From: Armatimonadota bacterium
GTDB lineage: Bacteria > Armatimonadota > Fimbriimonadia > Fimbriimonadales > GBS-DC
Direction: 5' to 3'
DNA length: 43,338 bases
Assembly: GCA_040289385.1 (NCBI GenBank)
Contig: PSLB01000001.1
Location: 1-43,338, forward strand
Under the pieces are notes generated by a model. That model saw only the letters and a list, made by a program, of their open reading frames with translations. It searched no databases and was not told where the DNA came from. Positions 14,984 through 23,146 of the stretch are shown here, piece after piece (the stretch's first letter is position 1; each line of letters starts with the position of its first letter). The position numbers and the translations under genes were made by a program.

Positions 14984-17314
14984 CTAATTCCGCAATGGTT
15001 TTCCCGTCTCCAGCGTATGCTGAATCCGCTCGACGGTGCGCTGCTGTTGGCAAAGCTCGATGAACACCGTTCGCTCCAGCGCATGAAAATGCTCTTCGGG
15101 CATCGGCGTTGCACTTTTGAGTGCGCCGCCAGTCATTACGGTGGCAATCTTCTCGGCGATGAGGCGGTCGTGGTCGCTAATCTGCCCTGCTTGATGCGCC
15201 CAGTGCACTTCCATCATTAATCGGCTGAAGCCGTTCTCTCCCACTGCCAAAATCGGGGTGGGCTCCGGCGGTCGATACCCCGCACGCGATAGCGCCAACA
15301 CATGCTGTTTCGCTTCATACAGCAGGCGGTCGAGGTTCCAGCAGAGGGTATCGTGGGGGCGCAGGAACCCCAGCGTGTACCCCTCAAACGCGTTAGTAGA
15401 ACGCTTGCCGAACGCCAAGGTCTGAAACACGACGCGCAGCGGGGGCAATGGATCGGCATCGGGGGGAAGCATCTCCACAGCCCGACGCGTCATTAGGGTG
15501 GTTCCCCCGCCAGCAGGGATGAGCCCGACCAGCGCTTCGGGCAAGCCGACGCCGGCATCCACATGCGTATGCACATGCGCACAGGGGAGAACAATCTCCA
15601 TCCCTCCCCCCAGCGCGTAAGCATGCACCGCCGAAACCACCGGCACCCCGCAGTAGCGAATCCGCTGGGAGAGCGTCTGCAAAAGCTGGAGCCCTCTATC
15701 CATCGCCTGCCAGTCTTGACGAGCGATATAGTCCAAAAATAGTTTCAGATTGAACCCGGCAGAGAACATGCGCCCCTGATTCCCGATAACGACACCTGCA
15801 TGCTCGCGTTCGGCGCGTTGGAGCGCAGTATGCATGAACTCCATCAGGCTGGGGGTCAGCACATTCGCTTTGGTGCGGAACTCAAGGCAGAGGACATCAT
15901 CGCCCAGATCGACGACCCGGCACTCTTCGGTCTCTTCGATGACCCTACCCGCACGAGCCAGATCGTCTAAGCGGACGAAGAAGTGGGGCACAGCAAGCGG
16001 GACATAATCCCCTTCGTCGTCGTGGGGTTCGAAGTAGACGCGTGTGGTGCCCTGCGTGGCATAGAAGGTAGTTAACTCGGCGTTGCGCAGGGCGCGTAAG
16101 GTGCGCGGCTCGCTGATGAGGTTAAGCTTCGCCAACGCCTCGCGTCCGGCACTGCCGAGGCTGTCCCAGGTTTCGAACACGCCCAGTTCCCAGTTATAGC
16201 CCAGTCGCATCGCCATGTCGAGTGAGGGAATGTCGTAAGCCACTTCGGGCATGACCTCGGCGCCGTAGGCTAACGGCATCAGGAACGCCTCGCGGAAGAA
16301 GGTGCCGTAAGGATCGGGCAGATTCAGCATCTGGACAAGCCGTTCTGCAAGGGGTGCGCGCTCAGGAATCTGCTTCACAATTTCGCTGGGCTCTCGGCGA
16401 GGGCGATACACACCGCTTTGAAAGTCGAGGGTCCAGATCTCTTTGCCCTCACGCTTATAGAAGCCCTGTCCGCTCTTCTCGCCCAGCCGCCCTTCAGCAA
16501 GGAGCTGATGCCATAAGCTGGGCAGTTCCAGTCCTTGCACATAGGCGTCGTCGGCAAGTCGCTCCTTCTGGTTGCGAATAATGTTATGGACGACATCCAG
16601 CCCCACTAAGTCTGCTAAACGGAATACACCCCTGCGCGGGCGCCCTGCTAAGGGGCCGAGCATCAGATCCGCCTCTTCCGGGCTAATCCCGTGTCGGATG
16701 GCGGCGGTTAGTGCCTGCACGAGGGCATAAATTCCAATCCGAGTGGTGATGAATCCGGGGCGGTCTTTTGCCAGCACGACTCGCTTCCCCACCAGACGCT
16801 CCGCAAACTCGGTAAACTGGTGGGTGAGGTCGGGATCGGTGTCGGCAGTAGGGATGAGCTCCAGTAAGCGCATCACCTTCGGTGGGTTAAAGAAGTGCGT
16901 CCCTAAAAAGCGTGGGCGCAGGATTTCGGGCAGGGCTTGCGCAATCTCGGCGATGCCCAGCCCAGAGGTGTTAGAGCTCAACACGGCGTCGGGAGCAACG
17001 CGTTCGGCAACCTGACGCCACAGGGTGCGTTTGGGCTCAATCTGCTCAACAATCGCCTCTACGACCCAATCGGCTTCTGCAACACAGTCCAAATCATCTG
17101 CGACACTGCCGGGCGTGATCCGCTGGATATCGTCTGGGCGATAGACGGCGCCCGTTTTCTGGATGCGTTCCAAAGCCTGCTTCGCGATTTCAGGATGTTC
17201 ATCTAACAACCAGACACGCCAGCCGATGCTCGCTAAAAGCCCTGCGATTCCGCTACCCATCGTGCCTGCACCAAGCACCACGGCGTGCCCTCTACGACGG
17301 TTTCCGTTAACCAT
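14984..17314 (-). CDS. bifunctional 3-hydroxyacyl-CoA dehydrogenase / enoyl-CoA hydratase (FadN-type)
   Basis: I trimmed the track ORF to ATG 17314, which has GGAGG upstream. The N-terminal Rossmann motif is VVLGAGTMGSGIAG and 3HCDH domains follow. The C-terminal crotonase fold shows FSAGFNLK and AYALGGGMEIVLPC. Confidence 0.9.
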   Translation of the reverse strand: MVNGNRRRGHAVVLGAGTMGSGIAGLLASIGWRVWLLDEHPEIAKQALERIQKTGAVYRPDDIQRITPGSVADDLDCVAEADWVVEAIVEQIEPKRTLWRQVAERVAPDAVLSSNTSGLGIAEIAQALPEILRPRFLGTHFFNPPKVMRLLELIPTADTDPDLTHQFTEFAERLVGKRVVLAKDRPGFITTRIGIYALVQALTAAIRHGISPEEADLMLGPLAGRPRRGVFRLADLVGLDVVHNIIRNQKERLADDAYVQGLELPSLWHQLLAEGRLGEKSGQGFYKREGKEIWTLDFQSGVYRPRREPSEIVKQIPERAPLAERLVQMLNLPDPYGTFFREAFLMPLAYGAEVMPEVAYDIPSLDMAMRLGYNWELGVFETWDSLGSAGREALAKLNLISEPRTLRALRNAELTTFYATQGTTRVYFEPHDDEGDYVPLAVPHFFVRLDDLARAGRVIEETEECRVVDLGDDVLCLEFRTKANVLTPSLMEFMHTALQRAEREHAGVVIGNQGRMFSAGFNLKLFLDYIARQDWQAMDRGLQLLQTLSQRIRYCGVPVVSAVHAYALGGGMEIVLPCAHVHTHVDAGVGLPEALVGLIPAGGGTTLMTRRAVEMLPPDADPLPPLRVVFQTLAFGKRSTNAFEGYTLGFLRPHDTLCWNLDRLLYEAKQHVLALSRAGYRPPEPTPILAVGENGFSRLMMEVHWAHQAGQISDHDRLIAEKIATVMTGGALKSATPMPEEHFHALERTVFIELCQQQRTVERIQHTLETGKPLRN

Positions 17315-17352
17315 TTTCTTTATGCCTCCACTACGGGGTAGATTATACCTTG

Positions 17353-17670
17353 GTGACGTCCTCCCCTCCATCAATTGAGGGGCATACTTATTCCGGATGC
17401 ACGCAGGGCTTTGTCCATGCGCTCCGGTTCGGCTACGCCGTTCCATCCCAGGTGGAATGACACGAACACAGGCCGCGCCACACGACCCCTATTCCCCTTG
17501 ATGGGAGATACCTGGTACGCCCTTTCGTAGATGTTCAGGGCGCCGTCCACGTCTGCAACATGCCGCAAAACGGTTGTCAATGCTGTGTACTGTGTAGCGA
17601 GGGGGTCCGTGTATCCCCTCCATCAATTGAGGGGGATTACAGTCCCCTCGCGCTCCCCCGTTTTTCTAAG
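17353..17670 (-). mobile_element. copy B of the miniature element, retaining 192 nt of tnpB 3' coding sequence between LE and RE (decayed tnpB element)
   Basis: The outer parts match copy A. The internal segment 17409-17600, read on the minus strand, gives ...TTVLRHVADVDGALNIYERAY..., which resembles the TnpB RuvC-III motif (H-x-AD-x-N-[AG]-A-x-NI). The hairpin CCCCTCAATTGATGGAGGGG is present in both ends. Confidence 0.6.
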
Positions 17671-17813
17671 CATTTGGCACAAAAGTTGCTGTAGGAATAG
17701 ATGGAAGACAAGCACTGTGTGAAAGAGAGAGCTTTATTGGCTACATAGCGAAGCGGAGAGGGTAGCCCAAACAGAAAGGAGCTTGCAGGATACAGTTATG
17801 GGAAAGGAGCCAA

Positions 17814-17850
17814 GCGGGGACAGCCTTTGTGCTGTCCCCGCTCTGTTTTT
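17814..17850. terminator. rho-independent terminator-like hairpin abutting the pilB stop
   Basis: GCGGGGACAGC-ctttgt-GCTGTCCCCGC is followed by tctgttttt on the plus strand. On the minus strand it starts 7 nt after the pilB TAA. Confidence 0.55.
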
Positions 17851-19549
17851 AAGCCGCTACCTCATGACGCTGGGGAGCCAACTGAATCTGCGCCAGCACC
17901 TCTTCGATGCTGGTTAGCCCAGCGATGACCTTCTGACGTGCGTCCTCCTCCATTGGGAAGAGGGTTCCTGCGGGGCTGTGGGTACGAATCTGATCACTAT
18001 CTGCGTTTTGGGCGATGAGCCGATGGGCGGTCTCGCTCACAATGAACAGCTCATACAGCCCCACACGCCCCCGATAGCCGATCTGATTACACTCCGTGCA
18101 ACCTTTGGGCTCCCATACTGTTAGAGGCTGGTTGGTCCCATTCAGAAAGAGGGCATTGGCATCGGCTGTAGTGCTCTGCTTACAGTGTGGGCACAGGCGA
18201 CGCACCAATCGCTGGGCTAAGACACCAATTAAGGCAGAGTTGATCAGAAACGGGGGAATACCCATATCCATCAAGCGGGCAGGGGCACTGGTTGCGTTGC
18301 TGGTGTGCAAAGTTGCCAACACCAGGTGCCCTGTCATTGCGGCTCGGCAGGCAATTTCTGCGGTCTCGGTGTCTCGTATTTCGCTCACCAGCACCACATC
18401 GGGGTCTTGACGCAGGATGGCACGCAACTGATTGGCGAAGCTCAAGCCGGCGCGCTCGTTGACCTGGGATTGCCCGATCCCTTCGAGGGTGTATTCCACC
18501 GGATCCTCGCAGGTCAGGATATTGCGTTTGTCGGAACGCAACTGCTGGAGCAAGGCATAGAGCGTCGTGGTTTTACCTGCTCCTGTGGGTCCGGTGATCA
18601 GAATCATGCCCCACGGACGCGTTGCTAACGCCACCAAGTTTTGCTCTACCTCTGGTGGCATTCCGAGCTGGTTCAGCTGCAAGAGCGACTTTGCGCGGTC
18701 GAGCAGACGCACTACAATGCGCTCCCCGAACACCGTTGGGAGCGAGGAAACGCATGCATCGATTTTGCTCTCGCCGACCTTCACAGTGAATCGTCCATCC
18801 TGCGGGCGTCGGCGATCCGCAATGTCCATCTCGCCCATCAGTTTGACCCGCGCCAACACCGAAGCCTGCAGACTGCGAGGGAGGGTACGCACAGGATACA
18901 GCACTCCATCGATGCGGTAGCGTACCTGCAGACGGTTTTCCATCGGCTCAAAGTGAATATCGCTCGCTCCCTTCTCCACTGCTTCAAACAGAATCGTGTT
19001 CACAAGGCGGATAATCGGAGGCTGATGGATTGTCGCTTCTACGCGTGCGAGATCTTCTGTCGCATCCTCTACGAACTCCTCTGTACCGATTTCGGTGTGG
19101 AGAATCTCCTCTTGAACGCCATATATTTGGGCAATGGCATGCAGGATACGCTCAGGCGGACTGTAGCAGATCTGAAGGTTCAGCCCCGTAGTTTTACGCA
19201 GGAGATCGATTGCCTCGATATTGTTGGGATCGGCGATGGCGACCCACAGAGTCTGCCCCTCTTTGCGTAGCGGCACCACAAAGTGGCGCGAGGCGAACTC
19301 AACCTCCACCAGATGCTTGAGCGATCGTGCCGATTCCATCGCCTGCTCGTCCAGCGGCTCATAAGGCACTTCGTACTGTTGTGCCTGCGCGCGATAGTAG
19401 TCGTCACGGGTAATATATCCCAGCTCGATGAGCGTTTCTCCGAGCCGCTTGCCTGTCGTGCGCTGGAGTTCGAGCGCCTCTTGCAGTTGCTGGGGCGCCA
19501 CCACGCCCATTTGTACCAGCCATTCGCCCAACCGTTTCGTGCCGTACAT
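17849..19549 (-). CDS. pilB: type IV pilus assembly / type II secretion ATPase (PilB/GspE family)
   Basis: The N-terminal T2SSE_N/MshEN-like domain reads LGEWLVQMGVVAPQQLQEALELQRTTGKRLGETLIELGYI. Walker A is GPTGAGKTT, with Asp and His boxes and a tetracysteine motif (CPHC...CTEC). Confidence 0.9.
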   Translation of the reverse strand: MYGTKRLGEWLVQMGVVAPQQLQEALELQRTTGKRLGETLIELGYITRDDYYRAQAQQYEVPYEPLDEQAMESARSLKHLVEVEFASRHFVVPLRKEGQTLWVAIADPNNIEAIDLLRKTTGLNLQICYSPPERILHAIAQIYGVQEEILHTEIGTEEFVEDATEDLARVEATIHQPPIIRLVNTILFEAVEKGASDIHFEPMENRLQVRYRIDGVLYPVRTLPRSLQASVLARVKLMGEMDIADRRRPQDGRFTVKVGESKIDACVSSLPTVFGERIVVRLLDRAKSLLQLNQLGMPPEVEQNLVALATRPWGMILITGPTGAGKTTTLYALLQQLRSDKRNILTCEDPVEYTLEGIGQSQVNERAGLSFANQLRAILRQDPDVVLVSEIRDTETAEIACRAAMTGHLVLATLHTSNATSAPARLMDMGIPPFLINSALIGVLAQRLVRRLCPHCKQSTTADANALFLNGTNQPLTVWEPKGCTECNQIGYRGRVGLYELFIVSETAHRLIAQNADSDQIRTHSPAGTLFPMEEDARQKVIAGLTSIEEVLAQIQLAPQRHEVAA

Positions 19550-19565
19550 AGTGCCTCCTGACAGG

Positions 19566-19583
19566 AATTATCGGCACTCGTGG
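19566..19583 (-). promoter_or_regulatory. putative pilB promoter/operator: CCACGaGTGCCGATAATT (minus-strand reading)
   Basis: GATAAT lies 17 nt upstream of the ATG. 17 of 18 nt are identical to a motif upstream of ugd (27619-27636). Confidence 0.4.
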
Positions 19584-19653
19584 CGAATCTAATCAGTGGC
19601 TTGGATTGGCCCGTGTGTGTCATGCTTAAGAAAAAACGATAGAGGAGGTCTGT

Positions 19654-20574
19654 ATGTATCAACCGAACCGATTATTGACTTCGCCCATTCATAAATGTCT
19701 TGTAGAGGTTTTGAAAACGCAAGAAGAGATAGAACTGTTATTGCGTCCTGCGCGACGGTTCCTGTTTCACAACTTGTACCGCCCCAGCATGTTTGTGCCG
19801 GAGTTTAACAAACCGTGCTTTGGCGTGCTGGCAGTTCGGAGCGACCCAGAGAAACGCCCACTTATGGTGTTGGAGACCGAACCCCAACTCAGCGAGGCGC
19901 TCCGTCAGTGCTATCGCGAGTGCGAAATCCTCTGGCTGGAGGTCTTCGATGGGCCCGCAGGCATTCACATGCAAGGTGAGAATGTGGGGATTCGGCTTGA
20001 GTTAAGCACCCCAATTGCCTATCTGAATGTGGCAATGCGTGCCCCGATGGCATGGGTGAACGAGCGCCATCAGAGGAACTACATCGCTCAGGGACGCCTC
20101 ATCCAGAGCTTTCATGAGCGACTCCTGCGGGAAGCGTTGGACATTCTTGCAGAGCGGTATCCGGTAGAGTGCCATCACCAGATCCCGTTTGGGTTCGTGA
20201 CAGGCTATCGGGCGAACATGGTGGCTCAGATTGCGCGCTCCGCTGTAGACGCCGTGCTTCTGTTTCACTACGACTTCAACAGCGATGGGGTGGTGCTCTT
20301 ACCCATCAATCTGAACCTCCATAATGCCCATGTCGCCAACGAGCAGACCGCTGAGAAGGATCGGCTGATCAATCAGTTTGCGCAAGAGATTGGCATGCCC
20401 CTCCTCACTGTTCGGGCTGCCGAACAACCCGATGCCTACACCTTCGCGGCCACAGAGTTAGACATCAAGCCGATAACGGTGATTGGGCGTGCGCCCGTCG
20501 ATTGGGCGCACGCCATGGCACCTTTTGTGGAAGCGGTCATCGAAGCGTTGAATCAACCTGGAGTTGGGGTATAA
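19654..20574 (+). CDS. hypothetical protein (306 aa, no recognisable domain)
   Basis: It has a clean ORF with AGAGGAGG 5 nt upstream of the ATG. The composition is protein-like. I recognise no motifs. Confidence 0.6.
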   Translation: MYQPNRLLTSPIHKCLVEVLKTQEEIELLLRPARRFLFHNLYRPSMFVPEFNKPCFGVLAVRSDPEKRPLMVLETEPQLSEALRQCYRECEILWLEVFDGPAGIHMQGENVGIRLELSTPIAYLNVAMRAPMAWVNERHQRNYIAQGRLIQSFHERLLREALDILAERYPVECHHQIPFGFVTGYRANMVAQIARSAVDAVLLFHYDFNSDGVVLLPINLNLHNAHVANEQTAEKDRLINQFAQEIGMPLLTVRAAEQPDAYTFAATELDIKPITVIGRAPVDWAHAMAPFVEAVIEALNQPGVGV

Positions 20575-20595
20575 TCTCCTTTAGGAGGCAAACCG

Positions 20596-20736
20596 ATGAG
20601 CAAAATGGGTCTGATTCTGGCTTTAGCGGCACTGGTTGGTGCCGGTGCCGTTGCGATTTTGGTTGGAGCCAACTCCCCTTCTAAAGATTACGCCGTCGTC
20701 AAAAGCGCTGGCAAATCGTGCTGTGACGGGCACTAA
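20596..20736 (+). CDS. small hydrophobic peptide, 46 aa, C-terminal KSCCDGH (not in the ORF track)
   Basis: TATAAT lies at 20570-20575 and TAGGAGG lies 6 nt before ATG 20596. The product is MSKMGLILALAALVGAGAVAILVGANSPSKDYAVVKSAGKSCCDGH*. An 11-bp hairpin lies 12 nt downstream. Confidence 0.45.
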   Translation: MSKMGLILALAALVGAGAVAILVGANSPSKDYAVVKSAGKSCCDGH

Positions 20737-20747
20737 GGCACTGCATC

Positions 20748-20772
20748 GGGGGTGAGCAATCTGCTCGCCCCC
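20748..20772 (+). terminator. stem-loop after the small ORF
   Basis: GGGGGTGAGCA-atc-TGCTCGCCCCC forms 11 bp including one G-U pair. No U-tract follows, and it is immediately followed by CATAAT. Confidence 0.35.
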
Positions 20773-20785
20773 TCATAATGCCTCT

Positions 20786-21664
20786 ATGCCGATTACCAAA
20801 GCGATTGTGCCGATGGCAGGGTGGGGCACACGCCTCTACCCTGTAAGTTTGGTGTTGCCAAAAGGGCTTATGCCCTTCGTGCTTGCCGATGGCACCTTGA
20901 CAACGGGGCTCCAGCTGATTGCTGAGGCGCTTCTATCTGCGGGGATTGAGCAAATCGGGTTGGTCGTCTCTCCAGAAACGAAAGCCCTTTATGAGCGGTT
21001 TCTCGCAGGGGGAGATCCGCTCTACACTCCAGCACGTGCCAATCGGGAAACGATGCAATCGGCTTATGAGCAGATTCGAACCCTCGCCCAGCGCATCACG
21101 CTGATTACCCAGCCCGAACCCCACGGTTTGGGTCATGCCGTTTGGTGTGCGCGCTCTTTTGCATTGGGAGAGGCTGTTCTCATAGCGCTTGGCGATCACC
21201 TCTACCGCCAAGCCGATGTGGTTCGCATCCTTGAAGTCTATGAGGATTTTCAAGTGCCTCTCTACGCAAGCGTACTGACCCCAGTCGCAACGGCTCCCTA
21301 TTATGGGGTGCTTCAAGGTCAGCCAGCGCAAAAGCCCAACCTTTATCGGCTCTGTGCGATTGTCGAGAAGCCGAGTCGTGCCTATGCACAGGCACATCTG
21401 CGCGCGCCAAACCTGCCAGAGGATTCTGTGCTGACCCATTTAGGACTTTTCGCCTTCTCGCCTGACCTATGGGAAGTACAAGCGGAAATTGCGACCCAGT
21501 ACCGTTCTTGGGGGCGCGAATGGTATCTCGTCGACACCCAGCAACGCCTTATGGAACGCATGCCTGCCTACCTGCTCCTTGTGGAGAGAGATAGCTTGGA
21601 CTTCGGCACGCCTGAAGCGTATCGCCACGCGTTCTGTACCCTTGCAGGTTGTTTCGATGCATAA
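20786..21664 (+). CDS. sugar-1-phosphate nucleotidyltransferase (GalU/UGPase-like)
   Basis: The N-terminal motif is KAIVPMAGWGTRLYPVSLVLPKGLMP (compare GalU KAVxPxAGxGTRxLPxTKxxPKEMLP). GLGHAVWCA is also present. CATAAT lies 6 nt upstream of the ATG. Confidence 0.75.
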   Translation: MPITKAIVPMAGWGTRLYPVSLVLPKGLMPFVLADGTLTTGLQLIAEALLSAGIEQIGLVVSPETKALYERFLAGGDPLYTPARANRETMQSAYEQIRTLAQRITLITQPEPHGLGHAVWCARSFALGEAVLIALGDHLYRQADVVRILEVYEDFQVPLYASVLTPVATAPYYGVLQGQPAQKPNLYRLCAIVEKPSRAYAQAHLRAPNLPEDSVLTHLGLFAFSPDLWEVQAEIATQYRSWGREWYLVDTQQRLMERMPAYLLLVERDSLDFGTPEAYRHAFCTLAGCFDA

Positions 21665-22157
21665 ACGGCACTACGAGTGGCATGGACAGCCTTTGGAGTT
21701 TGCGCTCCAGCCTGTGGATGCGGGTTGGCGGCTCACTCTGCCCGATGGCACGCTGGTTGAGGTACGCGACGCCCGCGTGGAGGGCACTCTTCTACTGATT
21801 CGAACCGAAGCGGCTTGTTGGCGGGTTCCGTTCTTTGTCACGCCGGAGGAGATTCACCTGCTCTGGCAAGGGCATCTCTATCGGTTTCGGCGTCCGCGAG
21901 CAGTAGCCTCTGTAGGGCACACCGCTTCTGAAGGCACGCTGGTGGCACCGATGCCTGGGCTGATTACGCGTGTGCTGGTGCAGGAGGGTCAAGCAGTGGA
22001 GGCGGGCACACGCCTGATTGTGCTAGAAGCGATGAAGACCGAGCAGAGCCTGCGTGCGCCTTTCAACGGAATCGTGCGCACGCTCAACGCACGCGAAGGC
22101 CAAATTGTGCAGGAGGGAACCCTCTTAGTGGAAATTGTGCCCAGCTCTTCGGAGTAG
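21657..22157 (+). CDS. biotin/lipoyl attachment domain protein (BCCP-like C-terminus)
   Basis: I trimmed the track ORF to ATG 21657, which overlaps the upstream stop by 8 nt. The C-terminal sequence [45 protein letters not shown] contains the EAMK biotinylation motif. Confidence 0.75.
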   Translation: MHKRHYEWHGQPLEFALQPVDAGWRLTLPDGTLVEVRDARVEGTLLLIRTEAACWRVPFFVTPEEIHLLWQGHLYRFRRPRAVASVGHTASEGTLVAPMPGLITRVLVQEGQAVEAGTRLIVLEAMKTEQSLRAPFNGIVRTLNAREGQIVQEGTLLVEIVPSSSE

Positions 22158-22201
22158 GTACACTTTCGGAACCGAGTTCCAATAATCGAGAAAGAACGAC
22201 C

Positions 22202-23146
22202 ATGAAACGCGCAATCATCACAGGCGGTGCAGGCTTTGTTGGCTCGCATTTGGCCGAGCGTCTCATCCAAGAAGGTTGGTATGTAATTGTCATCGATAAT
22301 CTGATTACTGGGCAACGTGCCAACATGGAGCCACTCGAATCCAGCGGACAGATGGAGTTTCTGTATCACGATATTCGCCAGCCCGTGCAGGTTGAAGGGC
22401 AAGTAGACTTCGTGTTTCACCTTGCCTCGACCGCCAGCCCCGTCGACTTCGTGAACCTCCCCATCGAGACCCTGACCGTTGGCTCCTACGGAACGCAGAA
22501 CGCTTTAGAACTGGCGCTTGAGAAGGGGGCAAAATTTCTGTTTACCTCCACTTCGGAGGTATATGGGGATCCGCTGGTGCACCCGCAGAGTGAGGACTAC
22601 TGGGGGAATGTGAACCCGATTGGGGTGCGCAGCGTTTATGATGAGGCGAAGCGCTATGCGGAGTCGCTTGTGATGGCATACCATCGCTACAAGGGCGCCG
22701 ACACTCGTATTGCGCGGATTTTCAACACCTATGGTGAGCGGATGCGCCTTAAGGATGGGCGTGTCGTGCCCAACTTTGTGTGCCAGGCGCTACAGGGAGA
22801 GCCGATTACAGTCTACGGCGATGGCAGTCAAACTCGCAGTTTCTGCTATGTCGCCGACTTGATAGAAGGTATCTGGCGATTAGCCCATACCGACTACCAT
22901 TTACCTATTAATTTGGGCAATCCTGTGGAGCATACCATCTTGGAGTTGGCCCAGTTAATCAAGCGCCTTACGAACAGTCCCAGCCCTATTGAGTTCCGTG
23001 CCTTTCTAACCACCGACGATCCCCGCCAGCGCTGTCCCGACATTAGCTGTGCGCGTGAGCTGTTAGGCTGGGAGCCCCAGGTAAGCCTTGAAGAGGGTTT
23101 AAGGCGCACGATCCGCTATTTTCAGATGCAATTCACAAGGCTATAG
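22202..23146 (+). CDS. UDP-glucuronate decarboxylase (UDP-xylose synthase), extended SDR
   Basis: [25 protein letters not shown] and [12 protein letters not shown]...DGRVVPNF...[12 protein letters not shown] are characteristic of UXS. Confidence 0.88.
   Translation: MKRAIITGGAGFVGSHLAERLIQEGWYVIVIDNLITGQRANMEPLESSGQMEFLYHDIRQPVQVEGQVDFVFHLASTASPVDFVNLPIETLTVGSYGTQNALELALEKGAKFLFTSTSEVYGDPLVHPQSEDYWGNVNPIGVRSVYDEAKRYAESLVMAYHRYKGADTRIARIFNTYGERMRLKDGRVVPNFVCQALQGEPITVYGDGSQTRSFCYVADLIEGIWRLAHTDYHLPINLGNPVEHTILELAQLIKRLTNSPSPIEFRAFLTTDDPRQRCPDISCARELLGWEPQVSLEEGLRRTIRYFQMQFTRL

Noticed and set aside
14032-15053. Minus-strand ORFs 14032..14757 (241 aa) and 14433..15053 (206 aa) opposite the cyclophilin and GAF genes.
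   Set aside because: These are shadow ORFs opposite two well-supported genes. Their composition is dominated by R/P/S/A and they contain no motifs.
12334-17670. Repeated CCCCTCCATCAATTGAGGGG hairpins, considered as a possible CRISPR array.
   Set aside because: There are only three occurrences, in two loci 5 kb apart. There is no regular repeat-spacer periodicity and there are no cas genes. The pattern fits transposon-end hairpins instead.
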